DNA from: a virus
Reading direction: 5' to 3' (one strand)
Virus record (IMG/VR): IMGVR_UViG_3300045988_024504
Coordinates: 1 to 55,451 of that record
Length of the DNA: 55,451 nt
Made by a program: the position numbers and the translations under genes. The notes beneath the pieces were generated by a model. It was not told the DNA's origin. It was given only the letters and a program-made list of their open reading frames with translations, and made no database searches. Every line of letters starts with the position of its first letter. The first letter of the stretch is position 1. Shown here piece after piece: positions 15,531 to 25,906 of the stretch.

Positions 15531-16421
15531 TCAGGCCACTCGCCGCCAGATGTGCACATAGTAGGCGGCGGGCTGCACGGTGCTGCTGCGGCCGTAGATG
15601 GCGTTGGACTTGGACGCATCCAGACTGAACTTATATACCTCAGCATCGTTGTTGTCTGCGCCCGTAGTTATGAGCCGGTTGGAAGCAGTGATCGCACCGG
15701 ATACAGTATGTTTACCAATGCGTACATTCGCGACAAAAGAGCCTGTGATGTTGGGCAGACCGGCTTCCACGGTGGTGCCCGCTGCGTGGGCGTAGGACGC
15801 ACCCATCAGCACCCGGTTCTGCGCAATCTCCTGCCATGTACCGCCGAACAGTGCGGCGGGACTGGTGCTACTGACTGTTTGAAAAATACTGCCCACGGGG
15901 TAAGGGTCCGGGGCAGTACCGCCTGCCAGATGCAGCGTGCCGTCCGCATCTGCCGTGAAGTCGTCACTCAGCTTGACACCGCCCAGCACGGTTGCGGTGG
16001 CAATAGGGAGCTTGATGCCTTTCAGCGCATCGCCAACAGCCTTTGCGTCAGCCGGAGCGCCCTCGACGCTTAGCGTCTTATCGGTGCTCACGATGGCCGC
16101 AGCCCTGTCCGCTTCAGCTTTGGCAGAAGCGGCAGAGCTTCCCGCGTTCGTTGCGTCTACGGATGCTGACTGTGCACTTTGGGCCGCGCTGGTGGCAGCA
16201 GAATTTGCGCTAGATGCAGCCGAAACGGCTTCTTCTTTTGCGTTAATCGCTCCCGCAACAGTACTCAGTTCGTTTAAGGTGGCCGCATTGATTGGCGTTC
16301 CTTCTTTTGTTGGCTCGTCATTTCGGATAAGAGTGACAATTTCGGATGTTCCATCCGACTTTACCATTGTCCATCGACCCGGATATTTCGCCACACGGTC
16401 TTCAAAAACCATATTGTCCAT
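15531..16421 (-). CDS. Tail fibre protein, 296 aa
   Basis: The N-terminus is FEDRVAKYPGRW, followed by an Ala/Ser-rich coiled stretch and the motif GAPADAKAVGDALKGIK. Confidence 0.65.
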   Translation of the reverse strand: MDNMVFEDRVAKYPGRWTMVKSDGTSEIVTLIRNDEPTKEGTPINAATLNELSTVAGAINAKEEAVSAASSANSAATSAAQSAQSASVDATNAGSSAASAKAEADRAAAIVSTDKTLSVEGAPADAKAVGDALKGIKLPIATATVLGGVKLSDDFTADADGTLHLAGGTAPDPYPVGSIFQTVSSTSPAALFGGTWQEIAQNRVLMGASYAHAAGTTVEAGLPNITGSFVANVRIGKHTVSGAITASNRLITTGADNNDAEVYKFSLDASKSNAIYGRSSTVQPAAYYVHIWRRVA

Positions 16422-16860
16422 CTCCTGTCATGTATTCACCGGAAAACGTAACGTATGTTTTAGCAAGCGTTTCAATGTCGAACAAAATTTGCTCAATTTG
16501 ATTCATCGTTGAAAAATCGAGTTTGTTCATGCTTTCTGGCGTACCTGCAATAGCAGATGGGCCAGAGCATTTAGCACGAATGGAATTGATGTTGGAAAGC
16601 CAACGTGTTGCATCGGAGACTTTCATATATCCATCGACTGTCCAATCAGTCCGAACAGAAACAGACGCGCCAACAATGGAGCCAAGCTCTTGAATGCCGG
16701 ATTCTATGCGGTTAAAATCCGTATAGCTTAAAGCGCCCTTCATTCCGGCAAGCCATTCCGATTGTTCGGCTTTTGTCCACGTGCCTGTTCTTGCCTTTGC
16801 GGTAATTTCTTTCACGCGGTCAACATCTGATTGCGTGCGGTCTGTAATCCAACGAGCCAT
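16402..16860 (-). CDS. Tail/baseplate accessory protein, 152 aa
   Basis: ORF-track frame. WITDRTQSDVDRV...SYTDFNRIESGIQEL is a pattern common next to Firmicutes phage fibres. Confidence 0.5.
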   Translation of the reverse strand: MARWITDRTQSDVDRVKEITAKARTGTWTKAEQSEWLAGMKGALSYTDFNRIESGIQELGSIVGASVSVRTDWTVDGYMKVSDATRWLSNINSIRAKCSGPSAIAGTPESMNKLDFSTMNQIEQILFDIETLAKTYVTFSGEYMTGDGQYGF

Positions 16861-16863
16861 AAA

Positions 16864-19470
16864 TTATTCTTCCTCAACTCTGTTTTGATACCCAATAGGC
16901 AAATTACTCGGAACGGTAAACATGTAATGATAGCACTTACGGCCCTCGTTGCCAGAACCGATACAATCATAAAAAAATAATTCTTCTTTGTCACTAGAAT
17001 TGCCAAGATGTGCTTTGTCCCAATACCCTGAAACAACAATAGAACGATAATAGATATCCCCAACAGAAGGATTCATGCCAAAATATTCAAGATGTGTAAC
17101 GGGAGTTCTCGTCCACTGCTGATACGGGCTGTAATCGTCTCCGAGGGTAAAAAAAGGATTTCTCAAAAGTTCTTTTGCTGTAGGGAGCGGGCTTCCTTCT
17201 ACGTTGCATCCATAACCCCAAATTTCGTTAATAGAACTACTGTTATCAGGAAATCCGTAGTATATTTCTTTTGCGGAAGGTAAAAATATACTGCGAGATA
17301 GAGTAGACACAGCAGAAGGTACGTAATTGTTAGAATCATTTTTTTTGAACGCTGGGGTATAATAAAAAGTAGTTTTGCCGATTTTTTTCTGCATAAAATC
17401 AGAAAAAGAATTCTTTACGTTTCCGTTTAATAAGGCATCAATACTACTGGTCGAATACTCTGCGGGAGTTGTCATTTTACTATCCCACGCAACGTTTTCT
17501 GTTTTCGCATCTTTAAGAGCAAGAAGAGTTCTCCCTTTGCCATTTAATTCCGGTTCGTAATTATGTTTTGAGACAAGAAAAGCGGTATAAACGCCAGCGA
17601 CGGAGATGTATACAGTATCGCCTTCTTTGAGGTTAGAAATCTCGTCCGCAATCGTAGTAGCGTTGCAAGAAGCAGAAAGGCTCGCAACTGTAGCTGTAAT
17701 CGTTGCATTTCCGCTGTGTAAATACGTAACATTGCAGACGGATACGCCGCGTTCGTTCTTGATGACATTCAGCTCAACGATACCAGCGGGAGATGCATTC
17801 CAAACAATAACAGGGGAATCGGCAGATGCGGGGGTAAGCGTCGCAGTGAGCGTAATCGTGTCGGAAGGATGTAAGTAAATCTCAGAAGCGTCGATTTGTA
17901 ACGAATCAACATCTTCAATCATATACCCGGTAACGGAGCCCTTGAAGCTGCCATTAAACGTGTAAGAAACGTCCGTGATCAACAAGTTAGAAGAATATCC
18001 AAATTGATGATTGAGCTTGACAAAATCAAGAGCGTCGTTGTGTGGGCTGGCACGATAAGACAGGGTGGCTTTTCGACGGTTAGAAAGTACTTTATAACTT
18101 TCAGTTAGAACATTCTTTGGCTGGGAGACGATGGAAGAAGAGATAAGTGCATTATTTACACTTTGCGTAACGCCATCGCCAGTAGCACCATTCGGATACA
18201 ATGACGAAACTCCATTTAGAGAGTAAGAGATGTTTTTTAACTTATTAGAAAAAGTGATTTCCGGATACTGATAATCATTGATTTCAGTGATTTCATAAAT
18301 GTCGGATTTGTTTTCAGGAAGGTACGGAACCCGGTCAATCCGAATCTCACCGTTTCTTGTCTGATACAAAGCCATACCGGCTGCGTTAGCAGAAAGCTGT
18401 AGCACATCAGCGTTTTTATACGAAGAATTTCCGTTGCTAAAATCAGCTGTATAATCCTTCAAAGATTCATTGATGTAATAGCTGATACCAGAAACATCAA
18501 GAAGTTCCAAAGCGTCATAACACATTTCGTATAAAGTTCCGCTTTTCCTTCCGGTGTATAGTGAATCGATTAAAAACGCCAAAGCATCTCGAGCTTCAAA
18601 GGAAGCGGTAATGCCATTAGAAGGAATACTCCAGCTAGAAAGGTAAAACTTACCTCCGTTAATCCATTCAGTCTGTCCGTCCAAGTCCATGCCATACTTT
18701 ACAAAAACAGCTTGGCGTTCATACAGATACTTGTAGAGACCGTCAGGGTTGATAGGATTCCATTTTTGGTCGCTGTTATCAATGGAAAAAGAAATTGAAT
18801 CCTTAGAAAGCTGGCCGGAAATTGGGTCGCGTTTTGATTTATGGGAATACGACAGAAGGTCTGTTTTGCTAAATCTCACACGCTGTCCAAATTCTACTTG
18901 CGAGATACGAGCTCTTCGGTTTGGAATACACCATTCAAGAATTTCAATAATAACCAAATCATAATTGGAAATCTCAAATTCAATTGAAGTTTCGGTGGAA
19001 TCGTTGTTGTCAATTTGCTTTTCCAAGAGAAGAGCGGTTCCTTTGTAAGCGGAAACTTTAAATGATTTTGCCCATTCATTTAAAATTTCAGACCAAACGA
19101 TTGTCAGACCCGGTATTTTTTCTTCGTGGTTTTTACTAAAAGAAAATGTGATGGTTGGATGATTGGAGCTTGATACGCATTCACCACTTACATAGCCGCA
19201 TTCTTGATACGGTTCAGAATCCGGAACGATACCAAGACTTCCATCCAAAACCCAAAAATTAGTTTCAGCAGTCGCATAATTTCCGGAAACGGAAATGTCC
19301 AGATCAGTGATGGATGCCACGTTGCTAAACACGGTTTGCGAACCTGAACTTGCAATAGCGTCCGTTTGCGCTGCATCATCAGCTGCATGATAAGTAATCT
19401 GAATAAAAGTTTCGGGCACAAGCGTATTATTATATTGTGAAAGCCACTTATCGGACGGCTTTACAGACAT
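16864..19470 (-). CDS. Tail-tip / minor structural protein (Tal-like), 868 aa, with an Ig-like (Big_2-type) segment
   Basis: Its position after the tape measure and Dit-like genes supports the call. ITLTATLTPASADSPVIVWNAS...ATITATV resembles a Big_2 domain. It is markedly more A/T-rich than its neighbours. Confidence 0.6.
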   Translation of the reverse strand: MSVKPSDKWLSQYNNTLVPETFIQITYHAADDAAQTDAIASSGSQTVFSNVASITDLDISVSGNYATAETNFWVLDGSLGIVPDSEPYQECGYVSGECVSSSNHPTITFSFSKNHEEKIPGLTIVWSEILNEWAKSFKVSAYKGTALLLEKQIDNNDSTETSIEFEISNYDLVIIEILEWCIPNRRARISQVEFGQRVRFSKTDLLSYSHKSKRDPISGQLSKDSISFSIDNSDQKWNPINPDGLYKYLYERQAVFVKYGMDLDGQTEWINGGKFYLSSWSIPSNGITASFEARDALAFLIDSLYTGRKSGTLYEMCYDALELLDVSGISYYINESLKDYTADFSNGNSSYKNADVLQLSANAAGMALYQTRNGEIRIDRVPYLPENKSDIYEITEINDYQYPEITFSNKLKNISYSLNGVSSLYPNGATGDGVTQSVNNALISSSIVSQPKNVLTESYKVLSNRRKATLSYRASPHNDALDFVKLNHQFGYSSNLLITDVSYTFNGSFKGSVTGYMIEDVDSLQIDASEIYLHPSDTITLTATLTPASADSPVIVWNASPAGIVELNVIKNERGVSVCNVTYLHSGNATITATVASLSASCNATTIADEISNLKEGDTVYISVAGVYTAFLVSKHNYEPELNGKGRTLLALKDAKTENVAWDSKMTTPAEYSTSSIDALLNGNVKNSFSDFMQKKIGKTTFYYTPAFKKNDSNNYVPSAVSTLSRSIFLPSAKEIYYGFPDNSSSINEIWGYGCNVEGSPLPTAKELLRNPFFTLGDDYSPYQQWTRTPVTHLEYFGMNPSVGDIYYRSIVVSGYWDKAHLGNSSDKEELFFYDCIGSGNEGRKCYHYMFTVPSNLPIGYQNRVEEE

Positions 19471-19485
19471 ATAAAATCACCACCT

Positions 19486-19854
19486 TTAGACCTCAACCAG
19501 GCTCAAAGAACAATCCGTCCAGCCCATCACATTTCCGGTGTTTGGGCCCCTTCGCCACATTCCGGCTGTTCGATCGGAAACATACATCTGACGTGTGGAA
19601 TAAGAAGCTGTTGCTTGATTGTAAAATCGTACCGTGCAATAAAAGTTTGTAGTGAATGGGCCGATGACGGAAGCCCATTGTTTTGCGGTAAGGTATTTCC
19701 ACTTAAGAGCCACTTTTGCAACATCGTGTCGAACCACAGAGCCAACAACCTTGCCTTGCACGTTTCGGCCAGAATCAACGATGGTTGAAGTCGTTGCGCT
19801 ATAAGAGGAAGGCTCTGGCAAATCTACGCCGTTCACTGATACAAGAGCTTGCAT
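19486..19854 (-). CDS. Distal-tail-protein-like small protein, 122 aa
   Basis: Called by position directly after the tape measure gene. Confidence 0.45.
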   Translation of the reverse strand: MQALVSVNGVDLPEPSSYSATTSTIVDSGRNVQGKVVGSVVRHDVAKVALKWKYLTAKQWASVIGPFTTNFYCTVRFYNQATASYSTRQMYVSDRTAGMWRRGPNTGNVMGWTDCSLSLVEV

Positions 19855-19871
19855 AATTCACCGTTCCTTCC

Positions 19872-22800
19872 TTAATAGCTATACACTTCCGTCCCCATGA
19901 TTTGCACGCCGCGGTCAGCCTGCTGCTTTTCAACCGAAGCGGTAATCTGCTTTCCGTCAATGAACAGCCTGACTTCCTTGCCGCCGGTAATTTCGTCACC
20001 ATAGCGCTGGAAAATATCAAGAAACGCATCATAGCAACCATCATGAACTGCGCTCCTCAAGTCAGATACGCTTACTTCACTTGTAGAAGAGCTTGGATAG
20101 TAGCTTCCAGTAGATGTCGTAGACCCGGTAGAAGAATCATATCCGCTTGTTCCAGGATAGCTGGAATAATCTTGGTTCACTGAAGATCTGGATCCGCCTA
20201 AACTTGCAACAATACCAGCAATTGCGGCGGCGATTGCAATTCCGCCAGCAAGCATCAGCACACCCGTTGGGATTCCTAAACTTGTCAGGACACCACCAAT
20301 CGATTCCAGCATGCCCATAAAAGCGCCGCCAATAGATGTGATTACCCCAGCAACGCCTGTTAAAATTTCAGGGAATTTACTAACGAGACCTCCAAGTAAT
20401 CCGTTGCTGATAGAAAAGCCTGCATTTGTAAGTGGAACTTTTAAGCTGGAAAATCCATTGTAAATTTTTTGCCCCAGCTGAGATACGCTTTTTACAATAT
20501 CCCCAAAATTATTGGTAATGCCTTTCCAGATGTTTTTGCCAATTTGCAATGCAGAATCAAATAGCGTTCCGGCTGCTTTTTTTAAAACGTCAGACAGTTG
20601 AGAGACCAAGTTTTCTGCATACGTTTTTACCTCGGAACGATTTTTTTCTCCCATTGCTTGCCAAATAATAGCAGCAGCAGTTGTTCCGACCGTTTTCAAA
20701 TCTCCGCTCTGCACAGCATTCCAAAGATTCTGTACTGTGCCGAAGAAGTCATTCTGCAAGCCGGAATCAAGTTCCTGCCACTTGCTGTCCAGACCGTTGA
20801 AGAAACCATCAACAAAATTCGTTGCGGTGGTCGTGCCATAGTCAATCATCTCGTTGCCCTTCTGCTGAACAACGTTTGCCAGATTAGTCATAGCCTGTTC
20901 AACGTAAGGAAGTGCTGCAGTGATACCGTTTGCAAGGCCTTGGTCGATGTAGATACCGAACTGTTCAAAGACTTTAGAAGGAGAGTGGATGCCAGTATCT
21001 GTCGTGAACTTATCTAGAATAGCCTTTGCAAGTCCACCAACAGTTTTCTTTGCATTCTCAATTCCTTTGTTGATACCATCAATCAAGCCCTGAACGATGT
21101 TTTTGCCATAGTCCAAAAATTTTGCGGGGAGATTTTTGATCGTATCAACCAAACTGTTCCAAGCCTTGTCCCAGTTTTCTTTGAATCCAGCCCACTTCTG
21201 GTTCCACCACTCACCAACGCCGACAAACCACTGCTTCAAGCCTGCACTCGCTTGGTCAAGCGCCTGAATCGGATGCTGAACAAACCCAGGCAGGCTTTCC
21301 CATGCAGTCTGAAAGTTAGCGCTGAACCCTTGCCACTTTTCATTCCACCACTCGCCAACGCCTACAAACCAGTTTTTTAAGCTCTCGCTTGCCTTGTCGA
21401 GAGATTCTGTAATTTTGTCCCAGTTTTGATAAATCGCAATACCGACATCGGTCAGACCGCCAACAATCAAACCAATCAACGCACCGATGCCTGTACCAAT
21501 CGGGCCTCCAAGAGAGCCGATAATTGCACCAATACCTGCGCCAGTCATTGTCGAGCCAAGCGGAATCAAAATTCCATTTAACGTGTTTAAGCCATTCTTG
21601 ACAGCATCATAAACGCCCGTTACAAACATAGGTATGCCGGTTACTACTCCGCCAACTGCTGCTCCAATAATCGCGCCAGCAGTAGAGCCGCCAGCTGCTT
21701 TAATGGCCGCTCCAACAGCAGTATTGCCAAAGCCGGTCACGATAAACTGAGCAATTCCTTTGCCAAGAATGGCTGCGCCTGTAGTCCCAATCAAAGCGCC
21801 AAGAACAATTTCAGCAAAATTTTTTCCATTTACGCCATTTTCAATCGCGTCTTTAATGCCTGTAATCTCAAGGACGATGCCCACTGTAAAAACACCAAGA
21901 CCCAAAACAATGGATTTCAGCGCGTTCATTTTGGAGATAGCGTCCACAATATCCGTAATAAGATTTGTAAGCTTCCAAGCGGCAAAAGCGGTTGCTACAG
22001 TCGCTATAAGAGGAAGCATAGCCTTGATTTTCTGCTTGATAGCATCAATCTGCTTTGCAAACTCTTCGTTGTACTGCTTAAACATATCGTAACCGGACAG
22101 GTCTACATCGCCCAAGATGTTGCCAGCGGATGCACCGCTGCCAGAGCCGGAGCTTCCCTGTGTTGGGTCAATGATGTTCAGTTCATCAAAGCCCATCGTG
22201 TAGTCCTTGAGGGCTTTTGCGGCTTTCTTTGTCGAATCGGTTGTGTCATCCATTGCGTCACCAATGCCACCAACACTGTCAGCGCTCTTGGTGAAATCAG
22301 TGAACACGACCTTCACACCCATCAGCTTTGCAACCCACTGAACGAACTCCCGAATGAGCTGAACGGCGGCAATCAGCGGGGGAAGAATAGATTTCATGGC
22401 AGGGTAGAGCAAAGAGCCAACAGACTTCGCCAGCATATCCAACTGCGCTTTCAGAATCTTAATCTGGTTCGCAGGGCTCTGGATGGTCTGTGCAAGGTTG
22501 CCCTGCACGTTGGCAGTCTGCTTCATAATGGCAATGTAACGCAAAACTGCCTTATCTGCCTGAGACAGGCTAGAAACCTGTTTGTTAAAGCCCAAAGCAA
22601 GAAGTTCCTGTTGCAACCGTGCCTGAGACAGGTCAACGCCCAAACGGCGAATAGGCTCAATCTCGCCAGAGATTGCGGAGGACATTGCGGTAAAGGTCTC
22701 TGCAACGTTTTTGTTCCAATAGGAACCTTCGTCATAGGCAAGCTGGGTCAGATTCTTGGACAGAATATATGCTTTGTCGCTGGTCAGACCAAACGAAGTA

Positions 22801-23702
22801 CCCAAGCTCTGGATGGTAGCCATGTAGGTCATCGCTTTGGTCGGGTCAACGCCAAGCAAACCCTGCATCTTGCCAATGAGCGTATCAGCTTCACCGCTCA
22901 AATTGCCCATAGCATTATGGAACAGGTCTGTTGCTTCGTAGAAATCATTAAACTTCGCAACAGCGTTGCCAAGATACTCAGCGATAGCTTTCAACGAAAC
23001 CAGCTTTGCCATGTTCCGTATAAAGCCGTTCATCTGATTGGACAGGCTGAGATAGCTCTTGCGCTGCTTTTCGTTGGCAGCAGTCACACGGTTTGCCTGT
23101 GTGACCACCTTGCTCAACTGCGGCGGGAGCTTCGCAAAAGCGTTGCCCACCTTGTCAAGCTGAGATACAAGGGGAGTAAGGGCAGTAGAAATCTTCTGAC
23201 AAGAGCTTGCAAAAGAATCAAGGTCAGTCGCTTTCAGCTTGTCGGTCAGGTCGGGAACCTTCCCGATCGCATTGAAAGCACTGCCAAGAGCTTTAAGGTT
23301 CGATGCGTCCAGAATGGACAGTGGAGCCAAAGCGTTAGTGAGCTGAGTAATGCTTCCAGACATGGAGTAAAAGTCCACGCCGTTCAAGCCAGACACAGCC
23401 GCAGGAATCTTCTTGATTGCATTCACGACCGTGTTAATGCTTTTTGTGCTTGCAGTCGTGTTGACGTTGGAAAACCCGTTCAGAAAGCTGGTGATTTTGT
23501 CCAGCCCTGACATTCCAGCGGATGCCTGTTTCAGCGTTGCAATGGAACCGGACAGCTTGTCAAGGCTGTTTACAACCTTTGTGACGTTGCCTTTCGTCCG
23601 CAAATTAGAAATGGCGGTAGCGAGCTTGTCGATATTAAGCTCTGCGCCCTGCGATTCCGCAGAAATTTCTACGGATAAGCTCGTAATATCAACATCAGCC
23701 AT
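19872..23702 (-). CDS. Tail tape measure protein
   Basis: It is about 1276 aa, with Gly-zipper and TM-rich central segments and repeated WW..KW motifs. The ATG overlaps the chaperone stop. Confidence 0.9.
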   Translation of the reverse strand: MADVDITSLSVEISAESQGAELNIDKLATAISNLRTKGNVTKVVNSLDKLSGSIATLKQASAGMSGLDKITSFLNGFSNVNTTASTKSINTVVNAIKKIPAAVSGLNGVDFYSMSGSITQLTNALAPLSILDASNLKALGSAFNAIGKVPDLTDKLKATDLDSFASSCQKISTALTPLVSQLDKVGNAFAKLPPQLSKVVTQANRVTAANEKQRKSYLSLSNQMNGFIRNMAKLVSLKAIAEYLGNAVAKFNDFYEATDLFHNAMGNLSGEADTLIGKMQGLLGVDPTKAMTYMATIQSLGTSFGLTSDKAYILSKNLTQLAYDEGSYWNKNVAETFTAMSSAISGEIEPIRRLGVDLSQARLQQELLALGFNKQVSSLSQADKAVLRYIAIMKQTANVQGNLAQTIQSPANQIKILKAQLDMLAKSVGSLLYPAMKSILPPLIAAVQLIREFVQWVAKLMGVKVVFTDFTKSADSVGGIGDAMDDTTDSTKKAAKALKDYTMGFDELNIIDPTQGSSGSGSGASAGNILGDVDLSGYDMFKQYNEEFAKQIDAIKQKIKAMLPLIATVATAFAAWKLTNLITDIVDAISKMNALKSIVLGLGVFTVGIVLEITGIKDAIENGVNGKNFAEIVLGALIGTTGAAILGKGIAQFIVTGFGNTAVGAAIKAAGGSTAGAIIGAAVGGVVTGIPMFVTGVYDAVKNGLNTLNGILIPLGSTMTGAGIGAIIGSLGGPIGTGIGALIGLIVGGLTDVGIAIYQNWDKITESLDKASESLKNWFVGVGEWWNEKWQGFSANFQTAWESLPGFVQHPIQALDQASAGLKQWFVGVGEWWNQKWAGFKENWDKAWNSLVDTIKNLPAKFLDYGKNIVQGLIDGINKGIENAKKTVGGLAKAILDKFTTDTGIHSPSKVFEQFGIYIDQGLANGITAALPYVEQAMTNLANVVQQKGNEMIDYGTTTATNFVDGFFNGLDSKWQELDSGLQNDFFGTVQNLWNAVQSGDLKTVGTTAAAIIWQAMGEKNRSEVKTYAENLVSQLSDVLKKAAGTLFDSALQIGKNIWKGITNNFGDIVKSVSQLGQKIYNGFSSLKVPLTNAGFSISNGLLGGLVSKFPEILTGVAGVITSIGGAFMGMLESIGGVLTSLGIPTGVLMLAGGIAIAAAIAGIVASLGGSRSSVNQDYSSYPGTSGYDSSTGSTTSTGSYYPSSSTSEVSVSDLRSAVHDGCYDAFLDIFQRYGDEITGGKEVRLFIDGKQITASVEKQQADRGVQIMGTEVYSY

Positions 23703-24449
23703 CACTACCACCATCACTTTCCATCATAGAGAACATCGTTCTCTTGATTCGCTCCTGCGCCTCAACTGCGCGTTGGTATTCATACTCGTCTTTCTCCTTT
23801 TGGGTAAGAGGAAGCGGTCTATCCATGTACTTGATAGGCTTAGGCCCTTTCTTTCGGAACATATTGCCAACCGTAGAGGAAAGCGCAGATGCCATGTAAA
23901 AGCCGTTTCTCCACGCTTCTGTGTTGGCTCTGCGTTCCCGCAGCTCCTCTGCGTCACGGTAGACCTTCGCTAGCCAGACATCGCCGTACCAAAACTGGTC
24001 ATAGGTCATGCCGATGGAGATGTAATAGGCTTCTACATCATGGAACAGCTTGGAGAAGGAGAATGGCTCTCCCTCTTCGTCTGCTTCCTGAGATTGTGCA
24101 GTTACACAATCTCCCACGTTGCGTTTTTTGCGGTCTTGTCCTCAGTGTCAGTTGCCAGCAGGGACTTGGAAGCATCCACGAACATCTCAAGCAGAACGCC
24201 CATAAGGTCTTCCTTATCCTCAATGTGCTGGAACATCTCATCAACGACCTTGCGCTTGATGCCCTTGTTCCGTGCAATGAAAGCACCGTAGAACAGGGCA
24301 CGGGAGTTGGACAGCAGATTGGTCATCTGAGTGTACTGGCCAATCTGAAAACCTGCACGTTCGGTGGCTTCCACGCTGTCACGGGTGAAGGTCAGCTCGT
24401 AAGTGTTCTTACCATCGGGGGAATGAAAGTTGATAACCTTAGTAGCCAT
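23695..24449 (-). CDS. Tail assembly chaperone, -1 frameshift fusion product (G-T type)
   Basis: The downstream ORF 23695..24117 lacks its own SD. It is entered in the -1 frame from A_AAA_AAC near the end of 24102..24449. Confidence 0.6.
24102..24449 (-). CDS. Tail assembly chaperone (G-type), 115 aa
   Basis: Called by position between the major tail and tape measure genes, plus the overlapping downstream frame. Confidence 0.7.
   Translation of the reverse strand: MATKVINFHSPDGKNTYELTFTRDSVEATERAGFQIGQYTQMTNLLSNSRALFYGAFIARNKGIKRKVVDEMFQHIEDKEDLMGVLLEMFVDASKSLLATDTEDKTAKNATWEIV
24123..24129 (-). promoter_or_regulatory. Programmed -1 ribosomal slippery heptamer A_AAA_AAC
   Basis: The coding strand reads gcA AAA AAC gca acg tgg. 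A shift to -1 gives KKRNVGDCVTAQSQ..., which continues as ORF 23695..24117. Confidence 0.6.
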
Positions 24450-24533
24450 AATAAATGCTCTCCTTTATAAATAGGGGCAGAACCAAATCCGTTGTTCAGT
24501 TCTGCCCGGTTTGATTGATTCGATTTTTTCGGT

Positions 24534-24971
24534 TTAGCCGCCAGTAACAGTCAGGGTCTCGCTAAACTCAGGCTTCTTGGTGAAGATGCAGTTGATGGTC
24601 ATTTCCACAACCTCGTCCACGCCAAAGCCAGACAGACCAACCTGATGCATACCCTGCCAAGTGAAGCCGGAGCCGTCCTGCATCTTCAGGGCGTAGTACT
24701 TCACGGCGTTGCTCTCGGAAGTCTCATCATAGCCAGCGGCCTTGACCTTCGTATAGTCAGCCTTGTTGTAGTTAGCGGTGAAAGACTTGGTGTCGCTCTG
24801 GATGATGCCAAAGATGTTGACCTGCATGGGGTCAGACAGGGTGGTGGCATCCAGAAGGTTCGGCTCAGAGATCAGGTCGGGCACATCCTTGATGTCGCAC
24901 AGTTTCGTCAGAGCGGTTGCGCTGTCGCCACAATACAGGGTGGTATTCAGACCGGAGATAGCAGTACTCAT
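24534..24971 (-). CDS. Major tail tube protein, 145 aa
   Basis: Called by position upstream of the chaperone pair and by size and composition typical of siphovirus tube proteins. Confidence 0.65.
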   Translation of the reverse strand: MSTAISGLNTTLYCGDSATALTKLCDIKDVPDLISEPNLLDATTLSDPMQVNIFGIIQSDTKSFTANYNKADYTKVKAAGYDETSESNAVKYYALKMQDGSGFTWQGMHQVGLSGFGVDEVVEMTINCIFTKKPEFSETLTVTGG

Positions 24972-24986
24972 AGAATGTTTACCTCC

Positions 24987-25388
24987 TTAGTTTCGGTAAA
25001 TCATTCCGTCCTCTCCGATTGTTGCCCCATAGCTGCAATCAATCCGATAGACGGAATTGTTGTACAGCCCATTCAACGGGGCAAACGATTTGCGATAAAA
25101 TTTAAGCGGTTCAAGAACAGAATCCACGATGCCAACAATGGAGCGTGCTTCTGCAATGCGCCCGGTGTTCTTATTGGAGTAGACCCGCACACGAAGGGAA
25201 ACGGCAGCGTACTTGCTGTGTCCAGCAGAATCAATGTGCACAGGAAGGTTGCTGTTTTCCTCTATCTGCACACACGGAAACTTCTTAACGTTGCTGTCGT
25301 TGATTTCACCAGTAACGAAGATGCCGGGCGCTTGCTTTCGCAGCTCCTTAGCAACAGCCGTGAAGATAGAATTGAAATAATCGATCAA
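24987..25388 (-). CDS. Tail terminator / tail completion protein
   Basis: Called by synteny between the connector genes and the tube gene. Confidence 0.45.
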   Translation of the reverse strand: MIDYFNSIFTAVAKELRKQAPGIFVTGEINDSNVKKFPCVQIEENSNLPVHIDSAGHSKYAAVSLRVRVYSNKNTGRIAEARSIVGIVDSVLEPLKFYRKSFAPLNGLYNNSVYRIDCSYGATIGEDGMIYRN

Positions 25389-25906
25389 CTATTCCAAACC
25401 TCCTTCCACGTTGCTTCGACTTGAGAAGCCATTTCCTCAACAGCTCCCCACATAGCCATAGCTGGCTCGTTGCCGCTGGTGTAATTCAACTGGCCTTTAC
25501 CATCTACCTGTTTGACAGGCGTACCGGCATTGCCGGATTCGCCGTAGTAATACCACCTGTGGTTTGCGCCTTGCCCTTTGCCGTAGGAACCATGTGCACC
25601 AACGCCGGGCGGTAGCTCACCGCCATATCCGTTGTGATGTGCGCCAGTGCCAAACTCGATAAAGGCAACTGCCTTGCCCTCTGCAATGATGGTGCAGGTG
25701 TTTCCGTTCTGCTCAACATGGCAAGAAACATCGTTGCTACCAGCATACTGTGCGTTCGCAAAACGAACTTTTGCCACATCAAGTCCTTTATCAGCCAACG
25801 CCTTTGCAAACTCCTGTGCCTTTTTGTTCAGGGTGGTCTTGTACTTCTGTATCTGACGTTCCGCATCACGAAGCCCGGCATCACTCAACCTCACTTTAAT
25901 TTTCAC
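25385..25906 (-). CDS. Head-tail joining protein (HK97 gp10-like)
   Basis: Called by synteny and overlapping start/stop coupling. Confidence 0.45.
   Translation of the reverse strand: MKIKVRLSDAGLRDAERQIQKYKTTLNKKAQEFAKALADKGLDVAKVRFANAQYAGSNDVSCHVEQNGNTCTIIAEGKAVAFIEFGTGAHHNGYGGELPPGVGAHGSYGKGQGANHRWYYYGESGNAGTPVKQVDGKGQLNYTSGNEPAMAMWGAVEEMASQVEATWKEVWNS

Noticed and set aside
14949-16073. Long plus-strand ORFs antisense to the late genes (for example 14949..16073, 374 aa; 26725..27816, 363 aa; 12955..13941; 8586..9581; 9747..10667; 46655..47662; 22611..23510)
   Set aside because: They are mirror frames of well-supported minus-strand genes in G/C-rich DNA. They are Arg/Ala/Leu/Cys-rich and lack SD sequences and recognisable motifs.
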